Source of the DNA: Eubacteriales bacterium | Lineage (GTDB): Bacteria; Bacillota; Clostridia; Oscillospirales; CAG-382 | Direction of reading: 5' to 3' | NCBI GenBank assembly: GCA_045533335.1 | Contig: JAZSHQ010000057.1 | Coordinates: 33,573 to 97,572 of the forward strand | DNA length: 64,000 nucleotides | Program-made: the position numbers and the translations under genes | Shown: piece by piece, positions 29,783 through 38,511 of the stretch | Layout: every line of letters starts with the position of its first letter | Position numbering within the stretch: the first letter of the stretch is position 1 | Notes under the pieces: generated by a model | What the model was told of the DNA's origin: nothing | Seen by the model: only the letters and a program-made list of their open reading frames with translations | Database searches by the model: none

Positions 29783-30769
29783 ATGAAAGCAAAAAGAACA
29801 TTGAAATTAACGCTATGCTTGTTTACGGCGCTTATTTTAATTTTGCCTATTCTTTCCTCTTGTAGTGACAGTGCGCCGAAGCTGACTATAGAAGAAATGC
29901 AGGCGAAAATGCGTTTTTATATTGAGGATACCGATTTTAGTGTGCCGAATGAGCTTGCGGACAGAATAACGGAAGAAAAGGACGAATCCGAAAAATCAGA
30001 TAATATCATATACAACGGTGTGGAATACGTTCTGCAGAATAACGGTTACATACGAAAGCAAAGTTCTGAATTTTGTAAAGATACGGTGTGTTCTTTTACG
30101 GGTATAGACGAGAACGGAAAAACGATTTCTGTCGCTTATACCGATCCAAACAAGCTACCGATAAGGTACTTCGCAAACTCTGCGATTTTCGGCGAAGCGA
30201 GGGATAAATTCGATTTTCATACAGCGTTAAAGATTTCCGAGGATTTCGTCGAGGAAGTTATCAATCTCTACGCGGAAGAAAAAATCGATCTTTCGGATTA
30301 TACTTTTGAAAAATTAACGAACTATAAAACCGCATATCAGCTTCGCTGGGTTTTGTATTATCGTTCTGTTAAGGTACACGAACTGCAAATAGATTTTGAT
30401 GATTACTGCCGTGTAACTGGATACGAAATGTCCTCTCCGATAATTCCGGAACGATCTTTAGAGTGCATTCCGGAGATCAGCGAAGAACAATATTTAGAAT
30501 TGGCACGAGATTTATTAAAAGATAACATCATAGAAGAAAACAGAGATAATTCGGAGGAATTGCGCGAAATCAGAATGCGAAGTTCGTTTAAAAATTGTTT
30601 CTCGGGCGTTTTGGGCGATTGTATTGAGCTGGTGCACATTAAAGAAGCCGATTGCTATGCGGTACGTTTTGTGGTCGAACAGATTGTCGAGAGGAACGAT
30701 AGCTCATACGTGATCCCTATCCACTGTTATTATATGCTTGCTCCGAACGCAGAAAGCGAGGACGACTGA
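29783..30769 (+). CDS. hypothetical lipoprotein (paralog A)
   Basis: Lipobox LSSC. Low GC. Shares segments with the next gene (DLSDYTFEKL.. versus DLSEYTLSWA..). Confidence 0.6.
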   Translation: MKAKRTLKLTLCLFTALILILPILSSCSDSAPKLTIEEMQAKMRFYIEDTDFSVPNELADRITEEKDESEKSDNIIYNGVEYVLQNNGYIRKQSSEFCKDTVCSFTGIDENGKTISVAYTDPNKLPIRYFANSAIFGEARDKFDFHTALKISEDFVEEVINLYAEEKIDLSDYTFEKLTNYKTAYQLRWVLYYRSVKVHELQIDFDDYCRVTGYEMSSPIIPERSLECIPEISEEQYLELARDLLKDNIIEENRDNSEELREIRMRSSFKNCFSGVLGDCIELVHIKEADCYAVRFVVEQIVERNDSSYVIPIHCYYMLAPNAESEDD

Positions 30770-30770
30770 T

Positions 30771-31616
30771 ATGAAGCACAGACTATTTAAATTTTTGACT
30801 GTTGCAACTGTATTGTGCGTTTTTCTTCCGCTGTTTTCGGCGTGCGCTTTTACAAAGACCGAAACACCGAATGTTGACAGTTTTAAGAGCGACGTGAAGC
30901 TGGTAATATGTCCCGAATACCGATACGATTATAAAAACGACTTGAATACCGACGGTTTGCTTGTATCCGAAAATGATATTGTAGGTGTTTACGAGGAATT
31001 CTACACCAACGCGGAAGCAGAGCCGGATAAGTCCGAAGAGACCGTTGATTTTCAAAAAAACCCTCTTGATATGCTCAGCAATGTCGAAAAGCAGGTGGAA
31101 AATCTCTTTAAGGACGAAAAGAACGTAGATATTGACCTTTCCGAATACACATTAAGCTGGGCTTCGCAAGGTCAATACCGCTTCGTATATCGTTGGAAGA
31201 AAATCATAAATGGCTTTACCGTGCATGAAATAGGAGTCACGGTAAATTACGACGGCGAGATCATTTCCGCGTCATCCGCTCCCGTTGTCGATTTCGAAAA
31301 GGCAGAGACACTTGCGGACATCACAGACAGTGAATGGAGTAGGTTGAACGATATGGTTTTCGATGAAATGTTTTTGACTTTGACTGAAAAGGGATATAAA
31401 CTCGGTCAAAAGAGCTTAACTAAGAACTCACAAAGCATAGATCCCGAGGGAGTGTACGAGAATTATACAGGTCATTCCAATGTCGTATATGTTGAGTCGT
31501 GGCAAAGTTATGCGTTGCTATACAGATTGTCCTTCGCGGTTACTCCAAGCGGGTTTGATGCCGCAAACGAAAACGATTTTGTTGCTACAGTTCTCATTCC
31601 TTTAGACACCGAATAA
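30771..31616 (+). CDS. hypothetical lipoprotein (paralog B)
   Basis: ATG at 30771 lies 1 nt after the previous stop. Lipobox FSAC. Confidence 0.6.
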   Translation: MKHRLFKFLTVATVLCVFLPLFSACAFTKTETPNVDSFKSDVKLVICPEYRYDYKNDLNTDGLLVSENDIVGVYEEFYTNAEAEPDKSEETVDFQKNPLDMLSNVEKQVENLFKDEKNVDIDLSEYTLSWASQGQYRFVYRWKKIINGFTVHEIGVTVNYDGEIISASSAPVVDFEKAETLADITDSEWSRLNDMVFDEMFLTLTEKGYKLGQKSLTKNSQSIDPEGVYENYTGHSNVVYVESWQSYALLYRLSFAVTPSGFDAANENDFVATVLIPLDTE

Positions 31617-31619
31617 CCA

Positions 31620-31649
31620 AAAAAGGAGAAGCCTCGTGCTTCTCCTTTT
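31620..31649. terminator. intrinsic terminator, second copy of the pair
   Basis: AAAAAGGAGAAG-cctcgtg-CTTCTCCTTTT, between convergent genes. Confidence 0.75.
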
Positions 31650-31658
31650 CTTATAAAT

Positions 31659-32858
31659 TTAACCGTAGATTTTCGCCTTGATATATTTTTCGTTTGCTTC
31701 GAGGTTAACGCGGAGCACCTCTCTGCCGTCGATACGGGCATATTCGAACGAGCCTGCGCAGGGAACGCGCGCATCGGTAATGCTGTAAGAAACGTAGGTA
31801 AGCACGTTCCATATCATCGATTTAAGCGTTGCCTTCGGCATATTCGTAACAACGTAGGGGAGCACCGCCTTTATAAGCGAATGAAGCTCTTCAAGGCTTT
31901 TGCCCTTGCAGTTCGATGCGAACTGCGTTAAAAGATCGCGCTGGTGGAGCGTGCGGGTAAAATCGCCGTTCGAGAAATTACGGCTTCTCGCATAGCCCAA
32001 AGCCGTGCCGCCATAGAGGTGCACCGAATGATTTCCGTTTATCGCTTCGTCCTTGCTCAAGCCGTTTAATTCCTTCCAGCCCTTGAAATAATCGTAGTTG
32101 TTTTCGTTTATGTCAAGGTCGATACCGCCGATAACGTCAACCGCCTGCTCGAACGAGCTTATGCTTACGGTGAAGTAAAAATCGATATCTATATCGAAAT
32201 TCTGCTTTATGGTTTTTATAAGAAGCGAAGGCCCGCCCGCCGAAAACGCGGCGTTAAGGCGGTTATTCTTATAACCGGGGATAGAAACGTAGGTATCACG
32301 CATAAACGAGGTGAAAACGACGCGCTTTTTGATATTGTTTATCGACATAAGTATCATCGTGTCGCTTCGCGCGTGCTTGCCGCTTATCGTGTCGGCACCG
32401 ATAAGGAGAATGTTTATAACGTCCTTTTCGTATGCGTCCGATACATTATCACCGTCGAAAAGCCCTTCGAGTATTTCGTAATTCGGCTCGTAAGGAGGCT
32501 CGGGCGGTGCGGGGGGATAGCTGTGGTGATTCTTGTCGCTTTCCGAATTTTCGCCTTCATCGGGGTAAGAGATATCACCGAACGATTCATCTCTGTCTGC
32601 TTCGGGGTCGGAAAATTGCGAAAAATCTATACCCATATTGTCCTCGACGCCGTAATCCGAAGCGTCGATATCCGCGCCCGACCATTCCTCAAGGCTTTCG
32701 TCGTAGGAAATATAGCCGATCGTATCGTCGATAAAGGAATCCGCCCAAAGGTAGACGTTCTTTATTACGCTTACAAACGATAAAAGCAAAAGCGCGATAA
32801 TAAGCAGAATTACCGTTAATATTTTCTTTATTTTGCTGTTTTCGTTCCTTTCGGACAT
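31659..32858 (-). CDS. LCP (LytR-CpsA-Psr) family cell-wall polymer transferase
   Basis: N-terminal TM helix. LCP core RSDTMILMS...RDTYV...NAAFSAGGP. Confidence 0.88.
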   Translation of the reverse strand: MSERNENSKIKKILTVILLIIALLLLSFVSVIKNVYLWADSFIDDTIGYISYDESLEEWSGADIDASDYGVEDNMGIDFSQFSDPEADRDESFGDISYPDEGENSESDKNHHSYPPAPPEPPYEPNYEILEGLFDGDNVSDAYEKDVINILLIGADTISGKHARSDTMILMSINNIKKRVVFTSFMRDTYVSIPGYKNNRLNAAFSAGGPSLLIKTIKQNFDIDIDFYFTVSISSFEQAVDVIGGIDLDINENNYDYFKGWKELNGLSKDEAINGNHSVHLYGGTALGYARSRNFSNGDFTRTLHQRDLLTQFASNCKGKSLEELHSLIKAVLPYVVTNMPKATLKSMIWNVLTYVSYSITDARVPCAGSFEYARIDGREVLRVNLEANEKYIKAKIYG

Positions 32859-32933
32859 ATCTAACGCCTTCTAAAAAGTTATTCGGGCGAAAAGCTCCGC
32901 CCGAAACGATTATAACACCCGAAGGCGATTTTG

Positions 32934-34202
32934 TCAATCTTCACCTTTTGTCATATTGTTTGCCGTCATATAGTCTTCGACTCTGCATAAAAGCTCTGCC
33001 GTTTCTGCCTTGTTAAGCGTTTTTTCGGGCTCGAGAACTTCGAAAAATCCCGCGTCGGAGGCGGCAAGCATCGCCGAAAAGCTTTCCTCGGTCGCGCCTG
33101 CGTCTTCGCTTTCCTTGCGCGTGTTCGGAAGGTCGAGCGCGGCGGCGAGCATATAAGCCGCGTCTTCGACGGTTATTGCTTCCTTGGGCGAAAAGCTGCC
33201 GTTTTCAAGGCGGATTATCCCCTTTTCCGCGGCGGCGGAAAGATAACCCTTAAGCCCCGACGAAAGCCCCGTGTCATCGGATATTACGCTGTCGGCAACC
33301 GCGACTATATCGGTGTCCTGCCCCGAAACGTTCATAAGCATAACCAAAAATTCAAGCCTTGTTACCTCGGCTTCGGGGTCGAAATAGTAATTGCCGTTTT
33401 CGTAGCGGTAAACCATAACGTCGTTACTGCACATTCTGTGCGCGTAAAGGTGAAGCATATCGTCCTGCATATCGGCAAACTTAATTCCGCTTTCGTTCTT
33501 TTCTACCTCGATTTTAAGCGTTGCCGTTTCCGAAACCGCGCCGAATCGGTCGGTCACGGTATAAACCATAGCGTCGCTCCCCGAAAAGCCTTCTTCGGGA
33601 TAATAAATAATGCTTCCGCTTTCGCTCACCGAAATAAACCCTTCGCGCGGGTAGGTGATCACGTTAACGGTATAGCTGTCGCCGTTCGGCTCGTTTATGC
33701 AAAGCTCGCCGCCGCAGGCTATGCCCTCGACGGTCTTAATGCTGCTGTCGAGCGCAACAGGCGGTGAATTCAGCGAATCGGTAAAAACAATGTCGCACTT
33801 TATTTCAACGTCTTCAAAGCCTACGCTGTCGCAGGTGAAGCAAAAGCTTGCAAGCTCGGTGCTCGCGTTCGGTATAAATTTCAAATATCCGAGCGATTCT
33901 GCGGCAAGCGTCTGCCCCTCGTTAACCGCTTTTCCGCTGAACATAAGCGTGCCGCTTTGCGGGTCGGGTAGCGTTTTAAGGGTTATCTGCGAAAGTCCGC
34001 TTCCGAGTATCTTGTCGAAATCCTCCTTGGTAAACGATGCAAAATTCCCCTTTTCGCCCTGCTTGGTAACCGTCGTCTGCTTTTGCAGTATCGAAAACGC
34101 GGGCGGAAGACCGTCGCTCACCTCGGATTGCTGTGTATCGGCGCACGCAACGAACGCAAAGGCAAGCAAAATGCATAAAATAAACACAAACGGTTTCTTC
34201 AT
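32934..34202 (-). CDS. lipoprotein with Ig/cadherin-like domain and SLH-like C-terminal repeats
   Basis: Start at MKKPFVFIL with lipobox FVAC. SLH-like segments (FADMQDD...FDPEAEVTRLEFLVML). Confidence 0.55.
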   Translation of the reverse strand: MKKPFVFILCILLAFAFVACADTQQSEVSDGLPPAFSILQKQTTVTKQGEKGNFASFTKEDFDKILGSGLSQITLKTLPDPQSGTLMFSGKAVNEGQTLAAESLGYLKFIPNASTELASFCFTCDSVGFEDVEIKCDIVFTDSLNSPPVALDSSIKTVEGIACGGELCINEPNGDSYTVNVITYPREGFISVSESGSIIYYPEEGFSGSDAMVYTVTDRFGAVSETATLKIEVEKNESGIKFADMQDDMLHLYAHRMCSNDVMVYRYENGNYYFDPEAEVTRLEFLVMLMNVSGQDTDIVAVADSVISDDTGLSSGLKGYLSAAAEKGIIRLENGSFSPKEAITVEDAAYMLAAALDLPNTRKESEDAGATEESFSAMLAASDAGFFEVLEPEKTLNKAETAELLCRVEDYMTANNMTKGED

Positions 34203-34272
34203 AATCAAACCATCCTTCAACTGTTGTTACACTATTTATACACATCAACGCGAAATATTATGACATAAGCGG

Positions 34273-34301
34273 TTGTAATATCCTTTTTTGTGTGATAAAA
34301 T
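34273..34301 (+). promoter_or_regulatory. promoter TTGTAA-17-TAAAAT with extended -10 TG
   Basis: 34273-34278 and 34296-34301, with TG at 34293-34294. Confidence 0.5.
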
Positions 34302-34346
34302 GGGGTAACGGTGATCGAAGGTATCTGTATCGGAGGGAGGTGCGGT

Positions 34347-35402
34347 ATGAAAAAATGCTTTGTCGCGGTAAGTGGCGGTGTCGACAGCGCGGTATCGTTG
34401 CTTATGCTTAAAAAACAGGGATATGCTGTCGAAGGCGTTACAATGCTCACCTTCGGGCGCGAGCTTGTACCCGATGCATCTCCCAAGGAAGCCGAAGACG
34501 CAAAGGCTCTTTGCGACTCGCTCGGCGTGCCCCACCATACAGTCGACCTTAAAAATCGGTTCAGGGAATGCGTTGTCGATTATTTTGTTTCTGCATACGC
34601 AAACGGCGAAACACCGAATCCCTGCATAGTTTGTAACCGATATTTAAAATTCGGTGCGCTTGCCGATTACGCCTTTGCACAAGGGGCAGAGGAGTATGCA
34701 ACGGGGCATTACGTTCGCGTTGTTCAAAGCGGGGAAAAACGGGTTATCGCCCGCGCCGCAGACCCCGAAAAGGACCAGAGCTATATGCTTTGGTCGCTCA
34801 CGCAGGAGCAGATATCGCGTTTTAACGCTCCGTTGGGCGAATATACGAAAAAGCAGGTGCGCGAGCTTGCGCAGGAGCTTGGAGTTGCGCTTGCCAATAA
34901 GAGCGACAGTCAGGATATATGCTTTATCCCCGACGGCGATTACCGCGCGTTTTTAAACCGCGTTGCGGGCAATACCGACAAAGCTGGCGATTTCGTGCTT
35001 GCCGACGGAACGGTCCTCGGACGCCACCTCGGTCAGCGTTGCTATACCGTAGGTCAGCGCAAGGGCTTGGGGATTGCCTATACCGAGCCGCTTTACGTTA
35101 TCGGGCGCGATATGGCGAAAAACAAAATAATTCTCGGTAAAAGCCAAGAACTGTTTACCGATAAAATAATAGGTAAAAACACTAATTTTTCGGCAATCGA
35201 TTACCCAAGCGGCGATATCGAATGCGAGGTGCGTATCCGCTACCGCGCGCCGTTTGTAAAGGCAAGACTTATTCCGATATCCGAAAGCGAAATGCTTATC
35301 GAATTCAAATCTCCCGTCCGCGCCGCAACACCGGGGCAGTCCGCCGTATTTTACGACGGCGAAACCCTTTTGGGCGGCTGTGTGATGTGCGCCGACAAAT
35401 AA
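34347..35402 (+). CDS. mnmA: tRNA 2-thiouridine(34) synthase
   Basis: PP-loop VAVSGGVDSAV. ATG follows GGAGGGAGG. Confidence 0.93.
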   Translation: MKKCFVAVSGGVDSAVSLLMLKKQGYAVEGVTMLTFGRELVPDASPKEAEDAKALCDSLGVPHHTVDLKNRFRECVVDYFVSAYANGETPNPCIVCNRYLKFGALADYAFAQGAEEYATGHYVRVVQSGEKRVIARAADPEKDQSYMLWSLTQEQISRFNAPLGEYTKKQVRELAQELGVALANKSDSQDICFIPDGDYRAFLNRVAGNTDKAGDFVLADGTVLGRHLGQRCYTVGQRKGLGIAYTEPLYVIGRDMAKNKIILGKSQELFTDKIIGKNTNFSAIDYPSGDIECEVRIRYRAPFVKARLIPISESEMLIEFKSPVRAATPGQSAVFYDGETLLGGCVMCADK

Positions 35403-35403
35403 A

Positions 35404-35445
35404 AAAAGCCTTTTGTGCATAATTAAGCGCAAAAGGCTTTTCGTT
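35404..35445. terminator. bidirectional terminator
   Basis: AAAAAGCCTTTTGTGC...GCGCAAAAGGCTTTT between convergent genes. Confidence 0.65.
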
Positions 35446-35446
35446 T

Positions 35447-36463
35447 TTAGTAATTTTCGAATTCGTCAACCGAAATAAAATTCCATTTTTCAAGCTCTGC
35501 GGGCTTTTTCGAAAACAGGACGGTATATTCGGCGGCGAGCGTTTTTATGCGGTAATTTTTGCAATAAACGGTTACCGAGTTTTCGCGCTTTTCGATACGG
35601 CATTCGATTTGCCGTTTTGCAAAGGAAAGGGTTTCGGTCAAAAGCATCGAAATTATTGCTTGGGCGTCTTCCGTGTTGCCGATTTCCAAAAAACGTCGCC
35701 AAAAGGAATCATACTCACTTCGGTCCTGCGGGACGGCACAGTAGTGCAGGTCGTGCCCTTCGAAAATGGCGTTTACCGTAACTTCACAGTTTGTTTTAAA
35801 AAAGGAGTTCAGGCTTTGAATGGCGATATCGCACTCGTCGCGTTTTCCCTGCACGGCATATAAAATCGCGGCCACGAAATTCCGCTGTTGGTTTTCAGAG
35901 GGGTCGTAAATTTCGGAAAGTTTCAAAAATTTTTCGCAATCGGCGTAGCTGTGCATATACAGATAAACGGTAGCAACCTCGTAAATTATCTGGCTTACCG
36001 TTGCCGCTTCTCTTGCGGTGGGGCGTCTGCCGTCGTAAAATTCCAACGCCTTTTTGTAGTAATATACCGCCTTTTTACATTCCGAGGCACGCTGTGCGAA
36101 TTTTGCCGTTCTGTAATAGGGATGAAAGGCAAGCGGAAAGACGAAAGTTTCTTCTATCGAGCCGAGTCTTTCGTAATATTCGACCATTTCCTGCTCATTG
36201 CCGAGCATTTCGTGGTTTAAGCCCTTGAAATAGCACACCGCGCCTTCGTCGAAGCTGTTCGTGCAAAGCGATTCCAACAAATCGAGAAGAGGCATCGCTT
36301 CGGCAAAATTGCGTTTTGAAATATGTATTAACGCGGCGGTAAGCTGCATTTGCGCCTCGCCGCTTTCCGAAAAGGCGGAAGCAAATATATCGCCAAACGC
36401 CCCTTCGTGTATCTTACGCCAATTTTTGTAGTTTTCGTTGTTCGATAATTCGTATTCGTTCAT
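35447..36463 (-). CDS. hypothetical alpha-helical (TPR-like) cytoplasmic protein
   Basis: 338 aa with no TM helix and helical-repeat-like composition. I recognise no family. Confidence 0.55.
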   Translation of the reverse strand: MNEYELSNNENYKNWRKIHEGAFGDIFASAFSESGEAQMQLTAALIHISKRNFAEAMPLLDLLESLCTNSFDEGAVCYFKGLNHEMLGNEQEMVEYYERLGSIEETFVFPLAFHPYYRTAKFAQRASECKKAVYYYKKALEFYDGRRPTAREAATVSQIIYEVATVYLYMHSYADCEKFLKLSEIYDPSENQQRNFVAAILYAVQGKRDECDIAIQSLNSFFKTNCEVTVNAIFEGHDLHYCAVPQDRSEYDSFWRRFLEIGNTEDAQAIISMLLTETLSFAKRQIECRIEKRENSVTVYCKNYRIKTLAAEYTVLFSKKPAELEKWNFISVDEFENY

Positions 36464-36496
36464 AGTAAGTAAGAATCGTTTCTTTCTTTTTGAATA

Positions 36497-36525
36497 ATTA
36501 TACTATGAATATAAGAAAAAATCAA
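36497..36525 (-). promoter_or_regulatory. promoter TTGATT-17-TATAAT for the TPR-like gene
   Basis: Minus-strand -35 at 36525..36520 and -10 at 36502..36497. Confidence 0.5.
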
Positions 36526-36550
36526 TGGAAAAGGCTTTGACAGAGCGAAA

Positions 36551-36585
36551 AAACAAGACGGTTCGAAAACGGTCTTGTTTTTGGA
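36551..36585. terminator. bidirectional terminator-like hairpin
   Basis: AAAAACAAGAC...GTCTTGTTTTT. Confidence 0.55.
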
Positions 36586-36636
36586 AAGGCAGTATAAAAT
36601 AGATGTTAGGTTTGTATAGGTTTGAAGTTGCGTAAA

Positions 36637-36809
36637 ATGAAGCATCGACTTCGTCGATATGATGCATTGCGCTCTGCGCAATATGATGTAAATTCGCTTC
36701 GCTCATTTATGATGCGAAGCGCGTTTTCGTTCTTAATGTGCCGAAGGCACGCTTCATAGCCGCAGGCGACTTCATTCTTCATACGCCGATAGGCGCGCTT
36801 CATTCCGCC
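36637..36809 (-). repeat. array of about 7 short, different stem-loops punctuated by ATGAAG/ATCATA motifs
   Basis: Examples are ATCGAC-ttc-GTCGAT (36644-36658), ATTGCGC-tct-GCGCAAT (36666-36682) and GTGCC-gaa-GGCAC (36738-36750). Confidence 0.6.
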
Positions 36810-36865
36810 AAAACAAAAAGAGCACTTTTGTGCTCTCTTTGTTTTTGGCGGAGAAGGTGGGATTC
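36810..36865 (-). repeat. duplicate of the tRNA-Ser 3' end (20 nt) plus downstream terminator
   Basis: 56-nt direct repeat of 36990-37045, offset exactly 180 nt. The terminator stem differs by compensatory changes. Confidence 0.85.
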
Positions 36866-36989
36866 ATTGCTCATTCACGCGGCTTGCCGCACCGCTCCGC
36901 TGTGCTATCGCCGCTTCATTCGCAATCCCGTGGCGGTCTGAACGAGTCCCCGACTCGTCCAGCCTCGCCCTTCGAATCCCTTCAGAACA

Positions 36990-37025
36990 AAAACAAAAAG
37001 GGTACGTTTGTACCCTTTCTGTTTT
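36990..37025 (-). terminator. intrinsic terminator of tRNA-Ser
   Basis: Minus strand reads AAAGGGTAC-aaac-GTACCCTTTTTGTTTTT. Confidence 0.75.
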
Positions 37026-37116
37026 TGGCGGAGAAGGTGGGATTCGAACCCACGAACGGTTTTATCCGTTACACGATTTCCAATCGTGCGCCCTCGACCA
37101 GCTAAGCGACTTCTCC
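37026..37116 (-). tRNA. tRNA-Ser (anticodon GGA), class II, CCA encoded
   Basis: Manual cloverleaf: acceptor GGAGAAG/CTTCTCC, anticodon arm CACGA-TTGGAAA-TCGTG, long variable arm AACGG..CCGTT, T arm GTGGG-TTCGAAT-CCCAC. Confidence 0.93.
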
Positions 37117-37153
37117 ATATAAATATTAACCTGTTCGCTTCACGCGCTTGGTT

Positions 37154-37182
37154 ATTATATCACAGCAATTCGCGCTTGTCAA
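37154..37182 (-). promoter_or_regulatory. consensus promoter TTGACA-17-TATAAT for tRNA-Ser
   Basis: -35 at 37182..37177 and -10 at 37159..37154. Confidence 0.65.
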
Positions 37183-37223
37183 CAACAAATTTCGAAAGAA
37201 AAGGGGTTTCGCGGCGAAAAATT

Positions 37224-37252
37224 TTGATTATTTGAAGAAAAAGCACATATAA
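37224..37252 (+). promoter_or_regulatory. promoter TTGATT-17-TATAAT for ytvI
   Basis: 37224-37229 and 37247-37252. Confidence 0.5.
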
Positions 37253-37283
37253 TAATCAAGAAAAAACGATTCGGAGGTTTTTT

Positions 37284-38369
37284 ATGCTGCCGCAGGAGCC
37301 ATACAAAAGGTTTGCAGTTATTACGTTATACGTTTCGGTGGGGCTCGCGGCGGCTTACCTTATTTTTAATTACTTATTGAGCGCGCTTTTGCCCTTTGCG
37401 GTTGCTTATCTGTTCGCGGAATGCTTCCGCCCGATAGTTAAATATTCGGAATCGCACAAAAAATTCCCCAAAAGGAGCTTTGTGCTTTTTGTCGTTTTGC
37501 TAGCCGCGGCGTCGCTTGTCGGGCTTATTTACGCGGTTTCACGCCAAGTAGTGCTTGAAATAAACGAGCTGGCAGGCAAAATCGGCGAAACTGTCGAGCT
37601 TATACGCACCGATGATGGTTACGCCTCCGAATTCATCGACAGAATATGCGGTTTTATTCCTTTCGTAGACCTGCGCGAACGGCTTTGGGAAATGCGGAGC
37701 AATCTCGATAACGAGCTGTGGTCGATAGCCGTTTCGTTTGGCGACGAAATGTCGGGCGGTATCGTTTCGTTCGTAGGGAGCGCGGCGGCTTTTTTGCCGA
37801 AAGCACTTCTGTTTGCCGCGGTGGTGATAATCTCCACCTACTATTTTGCGATAGACCGCGTAAAGATAAACTGTTTTTTTCTTTCGCTCTTTCCGAAAAA
37901 ACTGCGCCCGATGCTTAAAAGCACGCGCGATTCGCTTGCCGAAACGGTGGGGCGGTTTCTGCGCGCCTACGGTTTGCTGTTTTTAATAACCTTTTTCGAG
38001 CTTCTGCTCGCATTTATTATAATGGGAATAGAATATTCCTTCGTGCTTGCGCTGGTTATATCGTTGGTGGATGTTTTACCCGTGCTCGGGACAGGTACGG
38101 TGCTTATCCCCTGGGGAATTATTGCGCTTGTTTCGGGGAATATCGGTATGGGCATAGGCATACTTATCGCTTATGCGGTTATAACCGTTGTGCGCCAGAT
38201 ATTAGAGCCGAAGATTGTCGGCAAATTTATCGGTCTATCGCCGCTTGCCGCGCTCGCTTCGATGTATATCGGGCTTAAGCTTATGGGGATCGTCGGGCTG
38301 TTCGTCTTTCCGCTCGGCGCAATACTTTTGAAACGCATTTTGGAAACGAGAAAAGAAAAGAACGCATAA
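37284..38369 (+). CDS. ytvI: sporulation integral membrane protein YtvI (AI-2E transporter family)
   Basis: 361-aa polytopic protein with AI-2E-type topology and a YtvI-like N-terminus. Confidence 0.75.
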   Translation: MLPQEPYKRFAVITLYVSVGLAAAYLIFNYLLSALLPFAVAYLFAECFRPIVKYSESHKKFPKRSFVLFVVLLAAASLVGLIYAVSRQVVLEINELAGKIGETVELIRTDDGYASEFIDRICGFIPFVDLRERLWEMRSNLDNELWSIAVSFGDEMSGGIVSFVGSAAAFLPKALLFAAVVIISTYYFAIDRVKINCFFLSLFPKKLRPMLKSTRDSLAETVGRFLRAYGLLFLITFFELLLAFIIMGIEYSFVLALVISLVDVLPVLGTGTVLIPWGIIALVSGNIGMGIGILIAYAVITVVRQILEPKIVGKFIGLSPLAALASMYIGLKLMGIVGLFVFPLGAILLKRILETRKEKNA

Positions 38370-38376
38370 AAAAATG

Positions 38377-38440
38377 TTGAGAGAAAAACTTTTTGCATAA
38401 AGTTTTTCTCTCAAACTTTCTTTTCAAAAACTTTAATATT
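38377..38440 (-). repeat. family 3 palindromic terminator-like element (inverted orientation)
   Basis: 16-bp perfect stem 38377-38392/38399-38414. The reverse complement aligns with the copies at 53695 and 62059. Confidence 0.75.
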
Positions 38441-38511
38441 GATTTCTTTGAAGATTTTTACGCGGGGTTTGAGGCGAAGCCTCAAGCCTATTTTTGTGCG
38501 TTCAAGAAAAA

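Noticed and set aside
36606-36803. 65-aa ORF spanning the hairpin array downstream of tRNA-Ser.
   Set aside because: There is no RBS, the repeat units are not multiples of 3, and the peptide is just a read-through of palindromes. I treat it as non-coding.
36637-36809. Possible degenerate CRISPR array.
   Set aside because: The conserved part of each unit is only about 6 nt and the variable parts are themselves palindromes. There is no repeat of 23 nt or more and no cas genes in the window.
36866-36989. Possible second tRNA or tmRNA-like gene ending in the duplicated CCA end.
   Set aside because: Upstream of the duplicated 20 nt there is no T-stem partner (GTGGG), no acceptor-stem complement and no cloverleaf or tag reading frame.
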